A stretch of 63,753 nt of DNA, filler included, from Octopus bimaculoides (GCF_001194135.2; 4 parts of 4 records of this genome joined end to end with filler, not necessarily neighbours in it); one strand, 5' to 3'. Shown: positions 36,056-49,010, counted from the whole stretch's first letter. Notes: generated by a model from the letters alone, not told the origin. A program made the numbers and translations.

Positions 36056-37349
36056 ATATGCTTGCCCAACTCTTCGAAACGCCGGTGTTAAAATGGGGGT
36101 AGCTGATGAAGGAAGATGTTCTCTATGTGGCTTGTATGTTTTCTGTACTCAGGTTATTATTATTTTCTTGTCTACGTTTTGTTTGCAATGTCCTGTTCCC
36201 AGATATGCACCTATATATACAGGTAGACGTAGGTATGCACATACCTGTACGTATATATGCACATACTAATTTATTATTTGTTTTACATGATCGAACGCCT
36301 GCGTCATCCCTGTTGTAAGTAGTTTTTTCAACTTTATATTTTCTGACGCGACTCTATCTCTTTCTCTATCACTTTTTCCCCCTCTCGTTCTTCCTCTGTT
36401 ACTACTACGTATCTCTCTTTACCCCTCTCGTTCTTCCTTCTGTTACTACTNNNNNNNNNNNNNNNNNNNNNNNNNNNNNNNNNNNNNNNNNNNNNNNNNN
36501 NNNNNNNNNNNNNNNNNNNNNNNNNNNNNNNNNNNNNNNNNNNNNNNNNNNNNNNNNNNNNNNNNNNNNNNNNNNNNNNNNNNNNNNNNNNNNNNNNNNN
36601 NNNNNNNNNNNNNNNNNNNNNNNNNNNNNNNNNNNNNNNNNNNNNNNNNNNNNNNNNNNNNNNNNNNNNNNNNNNNNNNNNNNNNNNNNNNNNNNNNNNN
36701 NNNNNNNNNNNNNNNNNNNNNNNNNNNNNNNNNNNNNNNNNNNNNNNNNNNNNNNNNNNNNNNNNNNNNNNNNNNNNNNNNNNNNNNNNNNNNNNNNNNN
36801 NNNNNNNNNNNNNNNNNNNNNNNNNNNNNNNNNNNNNNNNNNNNNNNNNNNNNNNNNNNNNNNNNNNNNNNNNNNNNNNNNNNNNNNNNNNNNNNNNNNN
36901 NNNNNNNNNNNNNNNNNNNNNNNNNNNNNNNNNNNNNNNNNNNNNNNNNNNNNNNNNNNNNNNNNNNNNNNNNNNNNNNNNNNNNNNNNNNNNNNNNNNN
37001 NNNNNNNNNNNNNNNNNNNNNNNNNNNNNNNNNNNNNNNNNNNNNNNNNNNNNNNNNNNNNNNNNNNNNNNNNNNNNNNNNNNNNNNNNNNNNNNNNNNN
37101 NNNNNNNNNNNNNNNNNNNNNNNNNNNNNNNNNNNNNNNNNNNNNNNNNNNNNNNNNNNNNNNNNNNNNNNNNNNNNNNNNNNNNNNNNNNNNNNNNNNN
37201 NNNNNNNNNNNNNNNNNNNNNNNNNNNNNNNNNNNNNNNNNNNNNGACACAGTATGATATATTTTAAGGATTTTAAGTCCATTAATGAATATCAAACAGA
37301 CCCTGCTTTTGAAATGTATTAATTTGAATTTGTTAAATACCGTTTCAGT

Positions 37350-38035
37350 GGAGGCACATGGCCTAGTGGTTAGAGCAGCGGACTTGTGGTCGGGGGATCG
37401 TAGGTTCGAATCTCAGACCGAGCTATGTATGTGTTTATGAGCAAAACACTTAAACTCCACGCTGCTCCAGCAGAAGGTAATGGCAAACTTCTGCTGACTT
37501 CTGCCACAACTTTCTCCCACTCTTTCCTCTTGCATCTAGCAGCTCACCTGTGACGGACCGGTGTCCTGTCCAGGTGGGGAGCCTATACGCCAATGAAACC
37601 GGCCCTTATGAGCCAGGCATGGCTCGAGAAGGAACAAATACAGTTTAGCTCTTTACTTTTCATTTTTATTATCTTATACGTCATGTATAAAAAGGGTAGA
37701 GACTCGCTTCAGTCATGAATGACCATGGGGCTGCACCTAGAAAGTAACCCACCGTGGCACAAGTCCGGGCAAAGTTGTTTATGGAGGACCAGCAGTCGCC
37801 TATGCACACCAGTCTCCACTCCCCTCGCCACCAATGTTATCCAAGGAAAAGGCAAAGGGGCCGATACAGCTTGGCACCAGTGACGGTCACAACTCATTTC
37901 TACAGCTGAGTCAACTGGAGCAACGTGAAATAAAGTGTCTTGCTCAAGAACACAACACACAACCTGGTCTAGGCTCGAACTCACTACCTCATGATTGTGA
38001 ACCTGACGCTGTAACCATTGAACCATGAGCTTTCA
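37350..38035. mobile_element. Cluster of SINE copies (37350-37640 +, ~37705-38035 -)
   Basis: tRNA-like head ggcctagtggttagagcagcggac...ggttcgaatc; gcaacgtgaaataaagtgtcttgctcaag body. Confidence 0.7.
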
Positions 38036-38358
38036 CCATTCAAATATATATCAGTCAAATTTCCGCCGACGTCGACGTTGCTTTCATCCAATCAAGGTCG
38101 ATAAAATAAGTACTAGCTGAGCACTGGGGTTGATGTAACTGACTCGCCCCCTCCTCCTAACTTATTGACCTTGTGCCACTTCCGGTCCCAAGCTTGACAG
38201 ATATTTGGTCTGGTATTGTTTGTAGAAAATATATTAAGAAACGAGAATTGAAGCCAATTCTTCTGATTTTATACTTCGTTCCCTATACGTTGAACGTCAA
38301 CAGTTCAACAGTGGTCTTTGAAGCGATTTGCAACTTTATTCCTTTTTCAAAATGGCTC

Positions 38359-38419
<61 letters not shown>

Positions 38420-38650
38420 CTGGCGGTGGTTTTTCAATAGCGGAAAATTTTCATAGCTTTCGTAATTATTTCAAACGATAAAACAGATTTTCGGGGGCGG
38501 GGGGAAGTTACAAAATAGAATTAATGATATTGAAGCAGACGCATTTGTAGTTATACATTGACAAAATGCAAAGATATTTAACAGCGATAATGTTAATTTA
38601 AATAATAAATCAGTGTAAAAGGTAAAAGTCGCTCACTCAANNNNNNNNNN

Positions 38651-39780
38651 TTCGTAAATTCATTTGTCCATGACGAAAAATACTCCTCCAGTACTGTTCT
38701 GACCTCGTCTACTGAATTCATATTCTTTTCCGTCCAAATGATTTTGAAGACTGCGAAATAAATGATAATCAGATGGGGCAATGTCCGACGAATCTGATGG
38801 CTGGGGCATCGTTTCTTATTCAAACTGCAACCAGCCTTTCGAATGTCATCCCCGCTGTATGTGGCCGAGCATTATTCTGATGGAAGAACACCTTTCGTCT
38901 TGAAACCAAAGATAGTCGTTTTTCTTCTGGCGCTGACTGAAGTCGCTCAAGCTGCTCGCAGTAGATCTCCTTTGTTATCGTTTGGTTTGCGTTTAAGAGT
39001 TCAAAGTAGACTAAACCTTTCATATCCTACCAAACAGATAACAACACCTTACGTGGATGAACACCTTTAACCTTGGGTGCCGGTGTTTCTCCTTTCCCTA
39101 GCCACAGTCTTTGGCGCTTGACATTTTTATAGAGAACCCATTTCTCATCACTAGTCACTATGTGGTCTAAAAAAGATGCATTCGTGAGACGTGACAGCAA
39201 AGACTAACACACATTTACTCTGCGCGCGATTAGACTTGGAAAGTTTGTGAGGAACTCATTGACCCGATTTGCTGACTTTTCCGATGGCACGCAGGTGTCG
39301 ATGAACAGCTGAATGACCAAATCACAGCTTCTCTGCTAGTTCCTTAACAGTTACGATGGGATTTTGCTCCACCAGAGTTTGTAGGACGTCCTGGTCAAGC
39401 TCTACAGGTCTTCCAGGACGAGGCTCGTCTTCCAGGCTGTAGTTTCCAGCTGAGAATTTTTAGAACCACTATTGACACTGGCTTACACTTATCATCCGAT
39501 CCCCATATACTGCATTAATATTCCTCGCGCTTTCCATTGCATTGTTTGCCTTTATTGAACTCATAAAACAAAATATGCCGAATATTCTCCTTCGTTACTT
39601 CTATTATAGCTTTGAAAAAATAACTTCAAATCGGCACTCTTCAAAAGTTGCACTAAGAATAAGACCAAGGTAAAATTACTACCTGCTTTTATAGCAAGTT
39701 GATGCAGGTAGTTTATCCCGTCCCCTCCGACCTTTAGTTCATGCAATTGAAAAAAACGCATTATTTATGGGATCATCCAA
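38651..39780 (-). mobile_element. Mariner (DD34D) transposon, degraded, left end present
   Basis: KENIRHILFYEFNKG, LEDEPRPGRP, IVTSDEKWVLYKN, KVLLSVW*DMKGLVYFELL, FFHQNNARPH, DIAPSDYHLFRSLQNHL; TIR-like ttggatgatcccataaataatgcg at 39780; 3' end lost at the 38641 gap. Confidence 0.88.
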
Positions 39781-39929
39781 CAGTCAGGTGATATTCTGCA
39801 TGAAATCACGTCCTAAAAAATAACTTCAGCCTCGAGGACAATGTGACTGGCTCGGATTTCTAACATATGATGGAAGAAGAAAGAGGTCAATGAAATTAGA
39901 CAAACAGATTATCAATACCTGTGTAGTAT

Positions 39930-40330
39930 CGAGTCTGTATCCAGACTTTACATTGTTTCTCAAAAATCTCTAAAATAACAAAGGGTTTGGAATCTAGGAT
40001 TGCTGCTCGTGAGACCCTGAGAGACAGAAAATTTTGTAAGACAGAAAATGGAAAATGATGCTGGCGCAATTCTCAGAAAACGTCTGCAAGGAGTTGGGAC
40101 GCCAACAATTGTACTTTGACTTATGATAAACATTCATACAGACAGACAGACATACATGTATGCAGATAGCGTCTTAAAGTATGAGGGAACCGTGTCGAGG
40201 TGACGAATAATGTTAAGCTTACGTGATATCGTGATTCTAATTCACCTCATACCTCCAAACATATGCGCATACATGAATACATGCATACAGAGGCACACAA
40301 ATACACATATACACATACACATAAATATTT
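39930..40330 (+). repeat. ~400-bp segment duplicated in direct orientation at ~46370-46760
   Basis: ccagacttt.cattgtttctcaaaaatct...aaagggtttggaatct.gga...gtgtcgaggtgacgaataatgtta.gcttacgt...aattcacctcatacctccaaa occurs at both loci. Confidence 0.85.
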
Positions 40331-40380
40331 ATACACACATTTATAGAGTTACATAGATATATAGATACATGAATACATAT

Positions 40381-40415
<35 letters not shown>

Positions 40416-40735
40416 NNNNNNNNNNNNNNNNNNNNNNNNNNNNNNNNNNNNNNNNNNNNNNNNNNNNNNNNNNNNNNNNNNNNNNNNNNNNNNNNNNNNN
40501 NNNNNNNNNNNNNNNNNNNNNNNNNNNNNNNNNNNNNNNNNNNNNNNNNNNNNNNNNNNNNNNNNNNNNNNNNNNNNNNNNNNNNNNNNNNNNNNNNNNN
40601 NNNNNNNNNNNNNNNNNNNNNNNNNNNNNNNNNNNNNNNNNNNNNNNNNNNNNNNNNNNNNNNNNNNNNNNNNNNNNNNNNNNNNNNNNNNNNNNNNNNN
40701 NNNNNNNNNNNNNNNNNNNNNNNNNNNNNNNNNNN

Positions 40736-40774
<39 letters not shown>

Positions 40775-40959
40775 ACACACACACAAACACACATACATAC
40801 ACACACACGCGTACATACACGCCCATGCGCACATGCAGGCACACACCCAATCGCACACAAGCACACGGGCGTGTGCAAACATGCAGACACACAGACACAG
40901 AGACACACACACACACACACAAACTAATCCGGAAATATACCATATTGTAGAAGAAATAG

Positions 40960-41660
40960 GCCAAACAGATTGGTGGTTCTGAGAAAATGGCCCAGTTGCT
41001 ACAGGTGTGGGTGCATAAACCACCTTAAGGTACGAAAAAAAAGGGAGTGGATAGGTAGACAGCACCAACAACCGCAATACTAGAAGGCACTTGAAATAGA
41101 AACGATAGGTAAAATGGCCATGAATGATGTTATGGCTACAACAACAGTGGTTACTGTTCCGGGGATGGCGAGAGTAGAGTTGCTTCGACCTCAACAGCAA
41201 CAACACCAGGGACCGACATGGTGATATACTGAAGAGATCGTGAAGTTTCTTTCTATTCCAGCACTGGGACAGCCATAGACTCAGAGAAACAGTTCCAAAG
41301 AATGGTCTTGCGGCAATGAGAATATGGACCCAGCAGAAATATGGCAATCTTCCGGGTCCGTTCTGAAAGCAAACAGGTTCATGTACAACTTCGTGGAAGG
41401 GAGCAATTCCACCTGGAGTGAACCAATTACACCATTCTCCTACAGAATTACGCAAATCCAATGAGATTATTGAAAAATCTATAAGAATTACTAAATACGC
41501 TGGAAATGTGAGATGGGGATTAACCTTAATCCAAACCATAAGAAGGGTAGTTTCCTGATGAAAGTCATGCTCACGAGTAAATGCAGAAGATCCTGTTTGC
41601 AATTGGGAAAGGGCAAGGAGTGCTCGAAACGGATGGTTCTAGGAGTAATGAGGTGACCTA
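40960..41660 (+). mobile_element. Probable LINE ORF1 remnant with zinc knuckle
   Basis: PSCYRCGCINHL (CX2CX4H) followed by a stop-interrupted, non-microsatellite body. Confidence 0.4.
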
Positions 41661-41837
41661 ATTGCATTTGATTACTATGATTTTACTTATTTTCTTTTGT
41701 TCTTCATGTTGTGCGTGATTTTCCCACACCCCTGTTTATTGCATACGCACTCCGCCCGCATTTTTTGTGCAGGACATGTCTCATATTCTATTTTTAGGCC
41801 TTGGTGGTCAATAAAAAACTGACAAAACACATTATTA

Positions 41838-41878
<41 letters not shown>

Positions 41879-41966
41879 CATTATTATTATTATTATCATC
41901 AACATCATCATCATCATCATCATCATTTTTATTATTATTATTATTGTTGTTGTTGTTGTTGTTATT

Positions 41967-43585
41967 GCCTTTGCACAGCTTCTAACGCTGGAGATGTTCT
42001 GTGGTGTCAGCTGTTCACTACCAGTGAACTAAGGTAACACCCCTTATTTTTCGAGCAACTTCCGAAGTATTCGAGCGGTTCCAAGCAGTCCTGTTTTCTG
42101 CAAGTGCTCCACCCTTATTGCAGCCCCTATTTGTTCCACGTACTTCTCGAGATTTTTGCTCACTGTTCCCAGGGCTCCAACAATTATTGGTACTACTACC
42201 ACCTTTTTCATCGACCACAACTGCTTAATTTCCCACATACCCAGCTTTTGCTTTCCTCAGAATCAGTGTTAGTGGTATCAAGCACAGTACAAAGATCAGT
42301 GGGGACAGGCAGTCCCCTTGGAAGATGTCCCTCCTAATTTCTACTGTCCCTAAACGTCTTTTGTATGCTGTCAGGTCCGTCCTCCAATTCGCCATACTTT
42401 TTCCAAACAATCGCTCAACATTCGATGCAATACAAAATAGGTTCATACACTCCATAATCCAAGAATGTAGGATCGTATCGTACGCCTTACGATAGTTGAT
42501 CCATGATATGGCTAAGTTATTTTTCCTCCTCTTGCAGTCTCTGAGTACAGCTTTGTCAATCAGGAGATGATCCTTGGTACCTCTGCACGTACGCTTGCAA
42601 CCCTTCCGCTCATTTGGCAGGACTCCAATTTTTTCCAGATGTTTGAACATTGACTCTGCGACTATTCCAGTCAATAACTTCCACATAAGTGGCAAACAGG
42701 ATATCGGCCTGTAATTGTCTACCGTATTGCCTTTTTCGATGATTTTCAGGCACAGCACTGTCCTACCCATTGTCAACCACTCTGGTCTTTCTTGGTCGGA
42801 ATTTAACAAGGTGTTGAGTTGCACAGCTATTCGTAAATGACATTCACCAAATCTTTTGATCCAATAGCCTTGAACTCCATCTGGTCCCGGGGCCTTCCAG
42901 TTGCTCATTTTTTTGCTGATTTCCTTCACTTCCCTAACTGAAATGACTAATTCTGCCTGTTTTGGAGACTACTGTTTGTTTCAGTTCTTGCAGCCATTCA
43001 GCGTCTTTCTTGTGCTCCTTGTCTTTGCTCCAGGTGTCACTCCAAAACCTTTGACTTTCAATGTTATCTGGTATCAACTTTTCATCTGTACACTCTCCAT
43101 TTATTTCTTTATAGAATCTCTTCTGATCTACTCTGAATAACCTATTCTGGTGGTAACCCTTCATTCTTTGGTCGTATCTTTCCATCTTTGCTTTCTTTGC
43201 AACGAAGCGCTGTTTCAATTCCTCCACTACTACTTTCAGGCCCTTTCTTTCAATATTATACTTTCTTTTCAGCGCCCTGTATTTTTGTTCGCTTTCAAGC
43301 TCCCCTTTCTCTTTTCGGTCTAACACAGAGATTTCCTTTGAGAGCACGTCTAACCTTGCTTGTATTCTTCTTTTCCACCATGGACCTTTTCTTTTGTCAC
43401 TCCCATTATGTTTCTTTTTCTTGACATCAACACCCACGTTTTCTGCTACAACAATACTTGCTGCATCGATCAAATTATTTGTTTCTGTGATGTTGTTTGT
43501 TCTGATGTATTTCAGAATTTCCTTGACATTTTTCGTTTCTTGGTTCAATTTCAATCGATCAAGCTTTTTAAGGTTGCAAATAATG
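41967..43585 (-). mobile_element. R4/Dong-type non-LTR retrotransposon, internally deleted, (CAA)n(TAA)n tail
   Basis: [78 protein letters not shown], then VPIIVGALG...LQKTGLLGTARILRKLLEK*. Confidence 0.92.
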
Positions 43586-44202
43586 NNNNNNNNNNNNNNN
43601 NNNNNNNNNNNNNNNNNNNNNNNNNNNNNNNNNNNNNNNNNNNNNNNNNNNNNNNNNNNNNNNNNNNNNNNNNNNNNNNNNNNNNNNNNNNNNNNNNNNN
43701 NNNNNNNNNNNNNNNNNNNNNNNNNNNNNNNNNNNNNNNNNNNNNNNNNNNNNNNNNNNNNNNNNNNNNNNNNNNNNNNNNNNNNNNNNNNNNNNNNNNN
43801 NNNNNNNNNNNNNNNNNNNNNNNNNNNNNNNNNNNNNNNNNNNNNNNNNNNNNNNNNNNNNNNNNNNNNNNNNNNNNNNNNNNNNNNNNNNNNNNNNNNN
43901 NNNNNNNNNNNNNNNNNNNNNNNNNNNNNNNNNNNNNNNNNNNNNNNNNNNNNNNNNNNNNNNNNNNNNNNNNNNNNNNNNNNNNNNNNNNNNNNNNNNN
44001 NNNNNNNNNNNNNNNNNNNNNNNNNNNNNNNNNNNNNNNNNNNNNNNNNNNNNNNNNNNNNNNNNNNNNNNNNNNNNNNNNNNNNNNNNNNNNNNNNNNN
44101 NNNNNNNNNNNNNNNNNNNNNNNNNNNNNNNNNNNNNNNNNNNNNNNAGACTTGGATCCAACTTGTACAAATGCAAAACAAAAGTCAAACATAAAATAAT
44201 AA

Positions 44203-44244
<42 letters not shown>

Positions 44245-44248
44245 CAGC

Positions 44249-44289
<41 letters not shown>

Positions 44290-44601
44290 CAGCAGCAGCA
44301 GCAGCAGATTGGCGGGTGACAGAATAGGGAGCGTATCGCACAAAATGTGTCGCCGTACTGAGGTAAAGTGTTTTGGTGCAGAAGTAATGTTTTGGTGTGT
44401 TCTGAGTAAGTAATGTTTCGGTGCGTCACGCGTAAATTCTGATTTGACATTTTCTAGGACTGATGACACAACCCAGCAGTAATATACTGGGATATGATAT
44501 GAACCGTCAGATACATCCTTCTTGTAAAATACGTGACTAGTACCGATTTGAGAGGTCATTGCATAGACACACCGAGACAAACACACAGATAGATAGTCAG
44601 T

Positions 44602-44671
<70 letters not shown>

Positions 44672-44673
44672 CA

Positions 44674-45112
44674 TTTCTTTTATTAGCCACACAGGGCTCA
44701 ACAAAGATGGGACAAATACAATGTAGAGCTTTTCTTTTTGGGAGGAGGAAGGGAAAAAGAAAGGAAGTAGGGGTGTCGATCAAAAGGGATCGAGAAAAAA
44801 AGATAGCGATCAATAGTGATCGTGTATCACAGTAATGTTCTCGTGTAAAAAGGGAGGACAGTTTAGGTTTAGCCGTGGAAAGAATAGCCTACGGAAAAGA
44901 CCACAGTAACCTTGGTCAATATTGTCATTGTTATTGAAGATACTATAACAGTAAGTGACTCTCTTAGGTAGATATCTTTTTATTATAGCCACACAGGGCT
45001 AAATACAGAAAATGGACAAATTACAAAGTAGAGCTTTTCTTGGGGGGGGGGGATAATTTCGATCAAAAGGGATCGCGGAAAAAAGGTGGGGATTTCGATC
45101 AAAAGGGATCGC

Positions 45113-45158
<46 letters not shown>

Positions 45159-45412
45159 GGATGGATGGATAGATAGATAGATGGATAGATAGATATCTTT
45201 TTATTATGACCACACAGGGCTAAATACAGAAAGTGGACAAAATATAATGTAGAGCTTTTCTTTTGGGGGACAAAGATAAAAAAGAAAGGAAAGAAGGAAG
45301 TGGGAGTAGAATTTCGATCAAAAGGGATCGTGAAAAAAAAAACATGGGGAAAGCCGATCAATAAGGATCGTGTATCACAGTCAATGTAAAAGGGGGGAAC
45401 AGATTAGGTTTA
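44674..45412 (-). mobile_element. Three stacked 3'-end fragments of one non-LTR family (44674-44955, 44975-45112, 45195-45412), each abutting a (GATA)n or GATA-like tract
   Basis: Each starts tttatta(t)(a)gccacacagggct.aa...aYagaa..ggacaaa...tagagcttttct and contains cgatc-N6-gatcg hairpins; no ORF, so family is unassigned. Confidence 0.75.
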
Positions 45413-45472
45413 GATAGATAGGTAAGTAGGTAGGTAGGTAGGTAGGTAGGTAGGTAAATTCATACATACATA

Positions 45473-45633
45473 GGCGCAGGCTTGGCTGTGTGGTAAGAAG
45501 CTGCTTCTCAACCACATGGTTCTGGGTTCAGTCCCACTGCGTTGCACCTTGGGTAAGTGTCTTCTACTATAATCCAGAAACGACCAAAGTCTTGTGAGTG
45601 GATTTGGTAGACGGAAACTGAAAGAAGCCCGTC

Positions 45634-45665
<32 letters not shown>

Positions 45666-46170
45666 TTGTGTGTATGCGGATGTGTATTTCTGTGTTTGTG
45701 TTTGTCCCTGGATCACCGCTTGACAACTGGTATTGGCGTGTTTGTCACCCTGTAATTTAACGGTTCGGCGAAACAGACCGATAGAATAAGTACCAGGCTA
45801 AAAAAAAAAAAATCCAGGAGCTGATTTGTTCGAATAAAACCCTTCAAGGCGGTGCTCCAGCATGGCCGCAATCAAATAACTGAAGCAAGTAAAAGAATGT
45901 ATACATAGGTATTTATATATGTGGGTAGATAGGTAGAGGAGGCGCAATGGCCCAGTGGTTATTTGTGTGTGTGTCTGTGTTTCTCCCCTCCCCCACTATC
46001 CCTTGACAAACGATGTTGGTGTGTTTATGGTGTGTGTAAGCTAGCGTTTCGGAAAAAGCTAGAATAAGTACTAGGCTTCCAAAGAATAAGTCCTGGGGTC
46101 GATTTGCTCGACTAAAAAGGCGGTCCTCCAGCATGGCCGCAGTCAAATGACTGAAACAAGTAAAAGAAAA
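45473..46170 (+). mobile_element. SINE family A full copy (45473-45897) followed by a chimeric C-head/A-tail copy (45940-46170)
   Basis: aggcgcaggcttggctgtgtggtaag...gggttcagtccc; second copy ggaggcgcaatggcccagtggtt joined to the A tail. Confidence 0.8.
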
Positions 46171-47120
46171 GAAAAGAAAAGAAAGATATATACACACACA
46201 CACACACACACATACACACGTATATATGCACACACAATCAGATACATACATATACATGTAAGTATGTTTGTATGTATGTATATATGTATGTATATGTATG
46301 TATGTATGCATGTATGTACGTATGTATGTATGTACACACAGAGCCAGACAGAATACTGATATTATATTATCAGTTCTGTACCCAGACTTTCCATTGTTTC
46401 TCAAAAATCTTCCAAATGACAAAGGGTTTGGAATCTGGGATAATTGTTTGTGAGACTCTGAGAGTATTTTGTAAGACAGAAGAATGGTGCTGGCACAATT
46501 CTCAGAAAATGCCTGCCAGGAGTCGGGGCGAGAACATTTGTACTCTGACTCACAACAGACATTCAGATAGACAAACAGACAGACAGACAAGATATGTGTA
46601 CAGATAACGTCCTAAAGTTTGAGTGAGACTGTGAGAGAACTGTGTCGAGGTGACGAATAATGTTAGGCTTACGTCATATGTTGACACAAATTCACCTCAT
46701 ACCTCCAAAACATATGCATATACATAAATATATGCATACACATGCACATACACCTACATGTATGTATGTATATGTATACATACATACATAAGCATAAATA
46801 AATATAGGTCATCCTGCCTGGAAAACTTTTGATATGTCGCGTATTAACATATTTGAATGATAACACTTCCATTACAGAACACATGCACACATACATGCAC
46901 ACATACCACACACATACGCACTCATATACATGTAAACATATTTGTGTGTGTGTATGAGTGTGTGTGTGTATGAGTGTGTGTGTGTGTGTGTGTGTGTGCG
47001 TGTGTGTGTGAGAGAGTGTATGGTGGGGTATGATTTGTAAACATCTACTCATTAAAATGGAAAAATTATCAGAAAAAAACATTCCTTTTCTTTATTTCAT
47101 TCATATATATGTATATATAT

Positions 47121-48185
47121 GCGAGGTCTGATCAATAAGTATCCGGACTGGTGCTATAAAAAAAAAAGAAAAACTATCACACGAACGAATTTGGCATTTA
47201 ATCTCCTTCAAAGTCGTCCCCTTCTGGAGCCACACTGCTCCCACTGATGGAAGCATTCCTGGAACTCGCTTTTCTGGGATAATCAGCAGCTGCCTCGTCG
47301 CATTCACTTTGATCTCCTTGACGTCCTGAAATTTCCTTCCTTTCAAGCGGGATTTGATTTTTGGGAAGAGAAGCAAGTCGCAGGGGCGAAATCTGAGGAA
47401 TACAATGACTGCCAGACCTGGTGAATGATGTGCCCAGCCAAAAACTGCTGCACAAGCTGCGCTGAATGGGCAGGTGTGTTCTCATGGTGCAACTGTCATT
47501 CACCAGATGCATACAATTAAGGTCTTTTCCGACGAATAACATCCCGCAAATGCCTCCAAATGTCACGGTAGTACTCCTTCCAGTTGATCCGGATCAACGG
47601 AACAGCCTGCTTGTGAAATTAACATGCAAGTGGCTGAGCACTCCACAGAGAGGCATACCATTAACGTAGTTCTGAGTGAGATAAAGTTTGCCAAGACCGG
47701 CCCTTCGAAATTGAGGTACCGTTCGATTTCAAACAACTGATTGGACTGGAGCAAGGTGAGAAAAAACCAAATCAAGTTGGAGCAAACTCATGATAAATAA
47801 TCCCCTTATAGTCGAAGAAAACGGTCATCAGTGTTTTCCACATTGCTTCAACTCATTCGTGCTTTCTTCGGTCTTGGAGAGGTTAGGGTTTTTCACTGCG
47901 AAGACTAAGCCTTTGTTTCGGGGTCATAACCATAGACCCACGATTCATCACACGTTATGACCGTTTTCAAAAAATTTTTATCGTTCTCGACACAATGAAG
48001 GAAATCTTGTGCAACTGAAACCCGAGTATCTTTTTGGTCAGCTGAAAGCAGTTTTGGCACAAACTTGGCAGACACGCGTCTCATACCCAAATCTTCATTG
48101 ATAACAGACTGAACTAAACCGTAGCTTTACATCCTCTGATAACTCACGGATGGTGATTCGGCGATTTCCCCATACAGTATCCAAG
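47121..48185 (-). mobile_element. Mariner transposon (irritans-like), 5'-truncated, with a 200-bp insertion
   Basis: ENRRITIRELSED, GMRRVSAKFVPKLL, VITCDESWVYGYDPETK, GIIYHEFAPT, PCDLLLFPKIKSRLKGRKF; TIR-like cgaggtctgatcaataagtatccgga at 47122. Confidence 0.85.
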
Positions 48186-48660
48186 TATAAAAGATATTCT
48201 AAACGCTCTTAAATCATCAGAACATCTGATTTTATCCAGCAAGTTCAACAAACCATTGATTAAAATCCCAGAAAGTCCACGAGGTGAATTATAAAAGATC
48301 TCCATGTGTCAGAAGGAACAGTCAGAAATGTTTTCCTACGATGACATCAGATATAAACCTTACATGATGAGGAAAGGTCAATTTATGAGAAAAAGTAGAA
48401 GAAAATCTCTAGATCAGATCTAAAAGGCTCTTAAACAAACTGAAAAATCCAGCAGAAGATTTGATTTGGTTTTTTCTCACCTTGCTCCAGTCCAATCAGT
48501 TGTTTGAAAACGAACGGTACCTCGATTTCGAAGGGCCGGTCTTGGCAAACTTTGTCTCACTCAGAACTACGTTAATGGTATGCCTCTCTGCGGAGTGCTT
48601 AGCCACTTGCATGTTAATTTCACAAGCAGGCTGTTCCGTTGATCCGGATCAACTGGAACT
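47575..48660. repeat. Inverted pair of ~200-bp SINE-C-derived segments (47575-47773 and 48461-48660)
   Basis: The supplied ORFs 47563-47775(-) and 48461-48694(+) translate almost identically; both share private variants absent from other copies. Confidence 0.92.
48185..48470 (+). mobile_element. Second Tc1/mariner-superfamily fragment
   Basis: RTSDFIQQVQQTID, DLHVSEGTVRNV, DIRYKPYMMRKGQF, RSKRLLNKLKNPAEDLIWFFS (just before the first catalytic D). Confidence 0.65.
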
Positions 48661-48734
48661 TTCCTCATCATATCCGACGAATTGCCAATTTTAACAGCTT
48701 TTTTTTTACTGATAACACAATGTTCTTTTATCCT

Positions 48735-48955
48735 TTTATCCTTTTACTTGTTTCAGTCATTTGACTGTGGCCATGCTGGAGCACCACCTTTAGTCGGGAA
48801 AATCGACACCAGGACTTATTCATTGTAAGCCTAATACTTATTCTATCGGTCTCATTTTGCCGAACTGCTAAGTTACGGAGACGTAAACACACCAGCATCG
48901 GTTGTCAAGCGATGGTGATGGGGAGACAAACACAGACACACAAACATATACACAC

Positions 48956-49010
<55 letters not shown>

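Noticed and set aside
40995-41030. SCYRCGC as the missing MYND exon
   Set aside because: Spacing is CX2CX4H (zinc knuckle), not MYND; there is no phase-0 acceptor and stops follow, so it is better explained as LINE ORF1
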